Assembly (NCBI GenBank): GCA_027492035.1
Contig: JAOZFT010000026.1
Span: forward strand, 1-23,819
Length of the DNA stretch: 23,819 nt
Reading direction: 5' to 3'
Origin: Thermoproteota archaeon
Lineage (GTDB): Archaea > Korarchaeota > JAOZGF01 > JAOZFZ01
In this document: positions 16,889-23,819 of the stretch, one piece after another
How the letters are laid out: the number at the start of each line of letters is the position of its first letter
Numbering within the stretch: position 1 is the stretch's first letter
Notes under the pieces: generated by a model
Database searches by the model: none
What the model saw: the letters and a program-made list of their open reading frames with translations, nothing else
What the model was told of the DNA's origin: nothing
Program-made: the position numbers and the translations under genes

Positions 16889-17665
16889 TCAATCTATCAA
16901 GTCTCTTAGGGGGATAATTGGCGGTTTTTCTCTTTTATGAACGCTTCCTTTAATGAGTTGCAAAACTTTCTCTAAATTTCCTTTCTTGATGTTAAATTTC
17001 CTAATAATTTCTTCAGGTTTAATTTTTTTTTCTAAAGCTGCAAGGATTAGGTCTAGTTCTTTATAACTTATCCCAAGCTCTCCTTCATCCGTTTGACCCT
17101 TCCAAAGTCCAGCTGATGGTTTTTTCTTAATTATTTTTTCTGGAACACCTAGGAATTCAGCTAATTGCCAAACTTCTGTTTTATAGAGGTCCCCTATTGG
17201 CAAGAAATCAACTCCACCGTCACCGTACTTTGTATAGTAACCAGTCATTAATTCACTTTTGTTTCCTGTACCGACTACAAGGTAATTTAAAGAGTTAGCG
17301 TAGTAATAGTTTATGGTCATTCTGATCCTTGGTTTCAAGTTAGCTATTGCTATTTTGCTCCCCTCACCAAGGCTTTTAAGGAAAGCTGCTACTATCGGTT
17401 TTATTTCAATGATTTCATGTTTTAGCCCTAAAAAGTTACAGAATTCAACAGCGTCTTTCAGATCCTGTTTATCTGTGACTTCCTTTTCAGGCATTAAAAC
17501 TGCTAGAACTTTTTTTTTACTTAGAGCCTTCGTGCAAAGACAAGCTGTAACTGAGCTATCCACGCCGCCACTTACACCCACAACAACTCCTTTCGCACCT
17601 GCACCCTCAACTATTTTTTTTATGGATTCAGTTATTCTTTTTGACACCAAGGACCAGTCAATCAT
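16889..17665 (-). CDS. nadE: NH3-dependent NAD+ synthetase
   Basis: GVSGGVDS, NLKPRIRM, GTGNKSE, GYYTKYGDG, PSAGLW..QTDE. Confidence 0.95.
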   Translation of the reverse strand: MIDWSLVSKRITESIKKIVEGAGAKGVVVGVSGGVDSSVTACLCTKALSKKKVLAVLMPEKEVTDKQDLKDAVEFCNFLGLKHEIIEIKPIVAAFLKSLGEGSKIAIANLKPRIRMTINYYYANSLNYLVVGTGNKSELMTGYYTKYGDGGVDFLPIGDLYKTEVWQLAEFLGVPEKIIKKKPSAGLWKGQTDEGELGISYKELDLILAALEKKIKPEEIIRKFNIKKGNLEKVLQLIKGSVHKREKPPIIPLRDLID

Positions 17666-17772
17666 GTCTCTCTCCCCATAAACAAAAGCAAGGGAACATT
17701 TAAAATTTTTCCTTCAACTAGTTAGAAATTGAGGAGTTAAGAAGAAAAAGAGGCGATCAAGTAAGAAAATGT

Positions 17773-17787
17773 GAAAAAATTTAAATA
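17773..17787 (+). promoter_or_regulatory. Putative BRE/TATA promoter of thrB-thrC-eno
   Basis: GAAAAAA followed by TTTAAATA in the divergent nadE/thrB intergenic region. Confidence 0.45.
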
Positions 17788-17851
17788 TAAAACTGGTAAA
17801 AACAAAACAACCTCTTTGTCGAAAATGAAGACGGTTTTGTGAAGGTGTAAG

Positions 17852-18784
17852 GTGAATTGCAAACAATACATTAAAGTTTTTTCCCCGGCTTCAATAGCTA
17901 ACGTCGGCCCAGGATTTGACACTTTTGCTTTGGCTTTAGAAGGATTAGGGGACACAATTGAAGTCTTCAGGGTAGATGGTGACACTATAGAAGTAATTGT
18001 GGAAGGGGAACATTCCCAACATGTTCCGAAGAACTGGAAATTAAACAGTGTAGGGGGGGTTATCCAGTATTTTAAAAAGAAATACGGATTTAAGGGAGGG
18101 CTTAAAGTAAAGGTAGTGAAAGGGGTACCTGTTGGGAAAGGGCTAGGTTCCTCCGGTGCCTCTGCAGCAGGGATAGCTTATGCCTTAACAAAGATTTTCA
18201 ATTTAAAAATAACGGATAGGGAACTTGTTAGGTTAGCAGCAGAAGGTGAAAGAGTGGTTTCCGGTTCAGCGCACCCAGACAATGTTTCAGGCTCCCTTTT
18301 TGGCGGATTCGTTATAGTGACTCCTGAATTGAATGTTCTGAAACTGAACCCACCGGAGATGGAGATAGTTATAGGGATCCCTGAATTAAAAAACCAAAGA
18401 AACAAAACAAGGAAAGCTAGGCAAGTTATACCTAAAAAAATAAAGCTTGAGCATGCTGTGAAAAATATAGGCTATGCTTCAATGGTAACGGCTGCTGTTA
18501 TCTTAAATAAACCAGATTTATTCGGAAAAAATTTGCTTGACTACTTAGCTGAGCCGCACAGGTCAGAATCAATACCTGGCTACAAAGAATTAAAAAAGGA
18601 ACTAATGAAAAACGGAGCCTACGGTTGTGCAATAGCAGGAGCTGGACCTTCAATTTTCACTATAGGGAAAAATAGTGGAGAACTTAGAGAAATAATTAAA
18701 AGAAAATTTGAAGAACAAAACATTAAGTGTAAAGTTATGGTTACAAAGCCCAGTTTAACGGGAGTTAAGGAAATTAAAGGGTGA
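17852..18784 (+). CDS. thrB: Homoserine kinase
   Basis: PASIANVGPGFD, PVGKGLGSSGA GHMP motif, HPDNV, GAGPS. Confidence 0.95.
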   Translation: MNCKQYIKVFSPASIANVGPGFDTFALALEGLGDTIEVFRVDGDTIEVIVEGEHSQHVPKNWKLNSVGGVIQYFKKKYGFKGGLKVKVVKGVPVGKGLGSSGASAAGIAYALTKIFNLKITDRELVRLAAEGERVVSGSAHPDNVSGSLFGGFVIVTPELNVLKLNPPEMEIVIGIPELKNQRNKTRKARQVIPKKIKLEHAVKNIGYASMVTAAVILNKPDLFGKNLLDYLAEPHRSESIPGYKELKKELMKNGAYGCAIAGAGPSIFTIGKNSGELREIIKRKFEEQNIKCKVMVTKPSLTGVKEIKG

Positions 18785-20067
18785 AAAAAATGTCAAGCTA
18801 CTTGAAATGCATTGATTGCGGGAGGGAATACAGTATAGAAAAGGTAAGGTTTAGATGTGAATGCGGGGGTTTATTGGAAGTAATCCATGGATTTGGAAAC
18901 GAAGTTTCAAGGAAGATTTTCGATGAAAGAAGGAAGATATGGAATTCTTTTTTGAACAGTGGAGTGTGGAGGTTCAAGGAATTAGTTCATCCATTAATTA
19001 AAAAAGAAGACATTGTGTCAAAACAGGAAGGGAACACAAACATTTACTTCCATGAAAAATTGTGTAGGTATGTAGGGATAGAGGAGTTTATGGTTAAACA
19101 TGAGGGAGAAAACCCAACCGGGTCATTTAAGGATAGAGGAATGACTGTCGGGGTGTCAGAGGCAAAAAGACTGAAAAACAAAGTAGTTGCATGTGCATCA
19201 ACCGGAAACACTTCAGCCTCTTTAGCAGCTTACGCTGCAACAGCAGCAATGAAATGCATAGTTTTTATACCTAAAGGAAAGGTAGCATATGGGAAGCTTT
19301 CACAAGCATTAGCTTACGGGGGTAGAGTGTTAGAGATCAATGGAAATTTCGATTTCGCCATGAAATTAGTTCAAGAAACCAGTAAAAAACTAGGTCTGTA
19401 TTTACTGAACTCAGTAAACCCATGGAGACTGGAGGGACAGAAGACAATAGTTTTTGAATTGATTCAACAACTAAACTGGGAACCACCCGACTGGATAATT
19501 GTCCCAGCTGGAAACTTAGGAAATACTTCAGCTTTCGGGAAAGCACTTAAAGAAATGAAAGAGCTAGGTTTAATAGAAAAAGTTCCTCATCTAGCCTCTA
19601 TACAAGCTGAAAAATCATCCCCTTTCTATGAAACATGGAAGAAAAAATCAAGTAAGCTATTGGTGGTAGAAGAGCCTGAGACAGTGGCCACAGCTATTAG
19701 AATAGGTAATCCTGTAAATTGGAAAAAGGCTTTAAAAGCAATAAAGTACACAAAGGGAGTAGTTGAAAAAGTTACAGACCAGGAGATAATGGATGCCAAA
19801 GCAGTAGTTGACAGTTGCGGAATAGGTTGTGAACCTGCTTCAGCTGCATCTATAGCTGGAGCTAAAAAATTAAGGGAGAAAGGGGTTATTGAAGAAGGAG
19901 ATAAAGTAGTGAGCATCTTGACAGGGCATTTGCTTAAAGACCCTGACTCCACAATGAATTACCACAGAAACAAGCTTCCAGGAATAGAACCCAGATTCTG
20001 CAATACACCTGTTTCTTTACCGAAAGAAGTAAATGAAAACAAACTTAGAGAAGTAATTTTCAGCTAA
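18781..20067 (+). CDS. thrC: Threonine synthase
   Basis: N-terminal CxxC..CxC, NPTGSFKDRG PLP lysine, ASTGNT, PAGNLGN, TGHLLKD; GTGA overlap with thrB. Confidence 0.95.
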   Translation: MKKMSSYLKCIDCGREYSIEKVRFRCECGGLLEVIHGFGNEVSRKIFDERRKIWNSFLNSGVWRFKELVHPLIKKEDIVSKQEGNTNIYFHEKLCRYVGIEEFMVKHEGENPTGSFKDRGMTVGVSEAKRLKNKVVACASTGNTSASLAAYAATAAMKCIVFIPKGKVAYGKLSQALAYGGRVLEINGNFDFAMKLVQETSKKLGLYLLNSVNPWRLEGQKTIVFELIQQLNWEPPDWIIVPAGNLGNTSAFGKALKEMKELGLIEKVPHLASIQAEKSSPFYETWKKKSSKLLVVEEPETVATAIRIGNPVNWKKALKAIKYTKGVVEKVTDQEIMDAKAVVDSCGIGCEPASAASIAGAKKLREKGVIEEGDKVVSILTGHLLKDPDSTMNYHRNKLPGIEPRFCNTPVSLPKEVNENKLREVIFS

Positions 20068-20082
20068 GGGAAGGGAAGGACT

Positions 20083-21405
20083 ATGAATAGCGAAAAATTT
20101 AAAATAGAGAAGATAAAGGGCCGATGGATACTTGATTCCAGAGGAAACCCCACAATTGAAGTTGAAGTTCGTACAAAAAAAGGGATAGTGGGGTTAGCTT
20201 CTGTTCCAAGCGGCGCCTCCACAGGTAAATTTGAAGCTTTAGAACTTAGAGATGGTGGAGAAATGTTTCATGGAAAGGGAGTATTCAAAGCAATAAAGAA
20301 CATTGAAGAAGTAATAGCGCCTGCTTTAAAAGGAAAAAATGTACTGGACCAAAAAGAGATAGACGAAGAAATGATTAAGCTTGATGGAACAAAAAACAAA
20401 TCAAAACTAGGTGCAAATGCCATACTTGGTGTTTCACTCGCCATTTCAAGAGCTGCAGCTAATACGTTAAAAACTCCACTCTATAAATACTTACAAAAAC
20501 TTTTTAAGGGTGATTCTAAGGAGGAATACATCCTTCCTTTACCTTTAAGCAACGTGTTTAACGCAGGGAAACATGGAGGAAGCAAGTTAGAGATTCAAGA
20601 GTTCATGTTGGCACCTATAGGAGCCAATAATTTCCATGAAGGTTTAAGGTGGCTAAGTGAAGTTTATCAGACATTAAGAAGTTATTTAGTGGAGAAGTAC
20701 GGAATGCTTACTAGAAATGTGGGGGATGAAGGAGGGTTTTCTGGTCCATTAAACACCGTAGATGAAGTTATGGATGCATTAGTTAACTCTGTTGAAGAAT
20801 CAGGGTATACGTTACCTAAAGACTTTGTTTTAGCGATAGATTCTGCAGCAAGTGAGTTTTATAACGGGAAAGAATACATTGTAGAGGGGAAAAAACACTC
20901 AACAAAAGAATTAATTGATTATTATGTTGAATTAACTAGGAAGTACCCTTTAGCTTCAATTGAAGACCCTTTTGATCAGGAAGACTGGTCAGGTTTCATT
21001 GAATTAACAAAGAAGATAGGAGGAAACGTTCAGGTAGTAGGGGATGACCATTTAGTTACAAACATCGAAAGGATTAAGAGAAGCGTTGAACTGAAATCTT
21101 GCAACTCACTGCTTTTGAAGGTGAACCAAGTAGGGACATTAACTGAAGCTTTAGAAGCAGCTAGATACTCATTAAAGAATAAATACTCCGTTATTGTAAG
21201 CCATAGAAGCGGAGAGACTGAGGATTCTTACATTTCTGACTTAGCAGTAGGTATAGGATGTGGACAAATTAAAACAGGTGCACCTGCAAGAGGAGAAAGA
21301 ACCGCAAAATATAATCGTTTACTCAGGATAGAGGAAAGAGAAAAAGGAAGGACACGGTACGCAGGTCCCAATTTCTTATCTCCTCTGTTTTTCAGTAAGC
21401 ATTAA
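20083..21405 (+). CDS. eno: Enolase
   Basis: DSRGNPT, PSGASTG, GDEGGF, LLKVNQVG, SHRSGET, GQIKTGAP. Confidence 0.97.
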   Translation: MNSEKFKIEKIKGRWILDSRGNPTIEVEVRTKKGIVGLASVPSGASTGKFEALELRDGGEMFHGKGVFKAIKNIEEVIAPALKGKNVLDQKEIDEEMIKLDGTKNKSKLGANAILGVSLAISRAAANTLKTPLYKYLQKLFKGDSKEEYILPLPLSNVFNAGKHGGSKLEIQEFMLAPIGANNFHEGLRWLSEVYQTLRSYLVEKYGMLTRNVGDEGGFSGPLNTVDEVMDALVNSVEESGYTLPKDFVLAIDSAASEFYNGKEYIVEGKKHSTKELIDYYVELTRKYPLASIEDPFDQEDWSGFIELTKKIGGNVQVVGDDHLVTNIERIKRSVELKSCNSLLLKVNQVGTLTEALEAARYSLKNKYSVIVSHRSGETEDSYISDLAVGIGCGQIKTGAPARGERTAKYNRLLRIEEREKGRTRYAGPNFLSPLFFSKH

Positions 21406-21464
21406 CCTCAGGATTGAACCGCCCACAACAAGTAGTAAATTATTTAGTTCCCTAAATGAATTGT

Positions 21465-22025
21465 TTAGAGTGTACCACGATAATTTTTCGTAGCGGGACA
21501 CCCTAAACATTTTTTTGTGTGGTACCTATCACATTTTGAGCAGTTCGCTCCACAGGGAGCAACATCACTTTCTCTAGTGAAAGGAAGAACAATTGGCACA
21601 AAGTCAGGATATATTACATCTCCTACGCACACTTCAGATTTCCTTATTCCCTTCTGGGTCCTTATTGAACAAATGTCAACTATGCTTCTTAAGGTGTCTA
21701 TATCTTCTGCAAACATTAAGACAAGCAGGTTATGTCTTCCGGTGACGTTTGCAACAAAAAAGGTTCGTGGGCATTTATTAAAGATGTTAAGTAATTCTTT
21801 TAATCTTTTAAATGTTTCAACCTCAACTAAAACAGCAGCAATCCTCAACTTAAGTTTGGAGAAATTTAGTTGAGGGTAAATTCTTAATACTCCCTTATTT
21901 ATTAGGTTTTCAAGTCTTTTTTTAACAGCTACGTGTGAAATATTGAATTTTTTCCCAAGTTCTGTTAATGTCATTCTCCCATTTTTTTGAAGCTCTATGA
22001 TCAATTGTTTATCTTTTTCATTCAT
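21465..22025 (-). CDS. Lrp/AsnC-family transcriptional regulator with C-terminal Cys-rich domain
   Basis: LQKNGRMTLTELGK..S..AVKKRL wHTH, RAM-like VTGRHNLL, C-terminal CGANCSKC...CLGCP. Confidence 0.88.
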   Translation of the reverse strand: MNEKDKQLIIELQKNGRMTLTELGKKFNISHVAVKKRLENLINKGVLRIYPQLNFSKLKLRIAAVLVEVETFKRLKELLNIFNKCPRTFFVANVTGRHNLLVLMFAEDIDTLRSIVDICSIRTQKGIRKSEVCVGDVIYPDFVPIVLPFTRESDVAPCGANCSKCDRYHTKKCLGCPATKNYRGTL

Positions 22026-22040
22026 GAATGCGTCACCGTC

Positions 22041-22074
22041 TTTTATTACAAAATGTAATAAAAAAACTATTAAA
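22041..22074 (-). promoter_or_regulatory. TATA box plus perfect palindromic operator upstream of the Lrp/AsnC gene
   Basis: TTTTATTACA-AAA-TGTAATAAAA (22041-22063) lies between minus-strand TTTAATA (22074-22068) and the GGTGA SD/ATG. Confidence 0.65.
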
Positions 22075-22265
22075 ATTTATCTTTTCGAAAACAACACTTC
22101 AATGTAACTTACCAAGAAGTATTTGAAAAAAGAGAGAAATTCAGAAATCTAAAAAGGTAAGAGAAGACACTTCTCGATGTTTCGCTTGACAATGGATTTC
22201 TCTGAAAAAGAAGGGGCTTATGATAAATTAAAAAAAGGAGAGGAGGGGAGGGTAATTTTATATCC

Positions 22266-22478
22266 TTAAAATGATCCCTTTAATTTTTCTTTAGCTTTAA
22301 TGAGGTATTGAGATGATTGAGTAATTTGTTCAGCTGCTTTTTTCAGGTATTCACTTACCTCTACCAAGTTTTCCTCCTCAATTTTTTGACTCCACTTAAG
22401 GAATTCATTGGCATGCTCTTTATTATGTTCAATCCAGAAATCCAAATATTTATCAAGTTTGGCTTTTACTTCGCTCAT
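22266..22478 (-). CDS. Small helical protein with WIEHNxEH motif (putative metal-binding); start taken as ATG at 22478
   Basis: Amphipathic helical sequence with WIEHNKEHANEF; same strand as flanking genes. Confidence 0.7.
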   Translation of the reverse strand: MSEVKAKLDKYLDFWIEHNKEHANEFLKWSQKIEEENLVEVSEYLKKAAEQITQSSQYLIKAKEKLKGSF

Positions 22479-22572
22479 TTCTCTCAACCACTCCAAAAGA
22501 TTCTTAGGGATTTCTTTAATTCTTTAACTAAGAGTTTATAAGGACAAATAGTTCATAAGAAATAAACAATTT

Positions 22573-23259
22573 TTAAGCCATTGACACCGCAGTGGCTCTT
22601 ATTTGGTCACAGGTCATTTCGCATTTATCAGCTGTGTTTTCTATTGCGTCAACAAACTGTAAAAGTAACACATATTTTAATGTACAGACTTCAGGTTTTT
22701 CTATGGCTGCAAATATTTTTCTTGCTTCTTCATAAAGGGCATCTACTGCTTCTTCCCTTCTTTCAACTTTGTCAGCTAAGTTTAGTGTTTCTTCAATTTC
22801 TCCTTTCGAAAGGTCTGAAACAGCTTCAAAAAGGAAAGCTGCAGCCTCAACCGTTTCATCAATCATTTTTAAAATAACTTTTTTCATTTCAGGCAAGTTT
22901 TTCAGTATTTCCACTACATAAGGGGAAAGAACCTTCATTATTCTGCTTGCTTCATGAACCCAGTCAATTATCCAATCAATCCGTCTTGCAAGCCTCATAA
23001 GATCTCCTCTGTGTGAGGGTGGAAGCTCCCCCCTCGCCAGCTCAGTAATTATTAATCTCCTTAATGAATCTTGCTCTTTTTCACCTAATTCAACTCTATT
23101 ATGGATTCTTAAGGCTTCCTCGATGTTTCCCCCAAATATTTCCTTTATTTCCTCCCTGAAGTCTTTAATTATCTGTAAAGTCTTTTTTGCGTGTTCTTTC
23201 ATCATTTTTATGGCTTTAGATTCTCTTCTAACTTTAAACCATTTAGAGATTTCACTCAT
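22573..23259 (-). CDS. DUF47 / PhoU-like phosphate transport regulator
   Basis: Duplicated helical repeats EKEQDSLRR / EEAVD, D..ID and IENTADKCE. Confidence 0.88.
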   Translation of the reverse strand: MSEISKWFKVRRESKAIKMMKEHAKKTLQIIKDFREEIKEIFGGNIEEALRIHNRVELGEKEQDSLRRLIITELARGELPPSHRGDLMRLARRIDWIIDWVHEASRIMKVLSPYVVEILKNLPEMKKVILKMIDETVEAAAFLFEAVSDLSKGEIEETLNLADKVERREEAVDALYEEARKIFAAIEKPEVCTLKYVLLLQFVDAIENTADKCEMTCDQIRATAVSMA

Positions 23260-23819
23260 TAAATCATCTCTTTCAAAGCTTCAGGGTCATGTTTGAAAAG
23301 TAATATGTTTGCAGGGTTCAGCAAAACATTAACTTTTTGTTTTATTTTTACTTTATCATAAAAATTGTTTGAAGTTTTACATATAACTTTTATTTTATTT
23401 AAAAGTTTTACTTCACATCTTATCTTTTCACCTAGAAAATCAACCTCCATTACTTCACCTTCAAAAAAATTTACCCCTTCTCTTCTATCTATAGCAAAAT
23501 CTAAAACAAAATGTTCAGGTTTAATAGCTAATATAACTTTTTCTCCTTTTTCGAAACCATTCGCCGAGGTTGAAACTTGAAGATGAAACCCTTCCTTCAC
23601 TTCAACTTCTAAATAATTTTTCTTCAAACCCTTTACTTTTCCTTCCAGAAAATTACATTCCCCACCTATGAATTTGGCAGTGAAGAGAGAGGCAGGTTTG
23701 AAGTATATTTGTGTTGGTGAACCTATTTGTTCTACTTCTCCCTTCCTTAAAACAACTACTTTGTCAGCTATTGACATTGCTTCTTCTTGGTCGTGAGTGA
23801 CGTGGATAGCTGTTAAACC
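23259..23819 (-). CDS. ABC transporter ATP-binding protein with TOBE domain (5' part outside the window)
   Basis: Frame is open to the window edge and reads GLTAIHVTHDQEEAMSIAD (H-loop), then QIGSP..IY..P and a TOBE-like C-terminus; TAATG overlap with DUF47. Confidence 0.9.
   Translation of the reverse strand, partial: GLTAIHVTHDQEEAMSIADKVVVLRKGEVEQIGSPTQIYFKPASLFTAKFIGGECNFLEGKVKGLKKNYLEVEVKEGFHLQVSTSANGFEKGEKVILAIKPEHFVLDFAIDRREGVNFFEGEVMEVDFLGEKIRCEVKLLNKIKVICKTSNNFYDKVKIKQKVNVLLNPANILLFKHDPEALKEMI

Noticed and set aside
22130-22205. Short nested inverted repeats (GAGAAG/CTTCTC; AGAAATC/GATTTCT) as an ncRNA
   Set aside because: Stems are short and AT-rich, with no clear promoter/terminator pair.
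1284-23580. Short opposite-strand or overlapping ORFs in the track (e.g. 1284-1505, 13342-13584, 17313-17681, 19626-19952, 21517-21873, 22581-22877)
   Set aside because: Shadow frames of well-supported genes with no motifs of their own.
1-23819. CRISPR array, tRNA, rRNA, transposase or integrase
   Set aside because: No regularly spaced repeats, cloverleaf, long GC-rich structural RNA or recombinase motifs were seen.

Overview
AT-rich archaeal chromosomal window, probably from a thermophile of the TACK/Asgard type (inferred from TATA/BRE promoters, archaeal NadM, a Thermoproteota-like SerRS N-terminus and an aIF-2B-like protein). It is mostly metabolic. From left to right: a minus-strand serS-serK-class V aminotransferase-serA-cinA(N)-nadM cluster; a cupin, an aIF-2B-like gene and an MFS transporter; an accessory patch with an orphan RelE/ParE-like gene and a secreted MBL-fold protein; ilvC-leuC-leuD-leuB; an apparently foreign lipoprotein glycoside hydrolase; nadE; thrB-thrC-eno; a Cys-tailed Lrp/AsnC regulator; a small His-motif protein; DUF47; and a truncated ABC ATPase. 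Three signals stand out. (1) A candidate ~110-nt promoter-driven hairpin RNA (69-180) whose loop is complementary to the serA translation-initiation region 2.4 kb away, and whose promoter resembles the operator-bearing promoter of the Lrp gene. (2) A serS/serK junction one base (a G6 run) away from a SerRS-serine kinase fusion. (3) A RelE-like gene with no antitoxin ORF, whose start region is locked in two hairpins. All calls are from motif recognition by eye; no searches were run.
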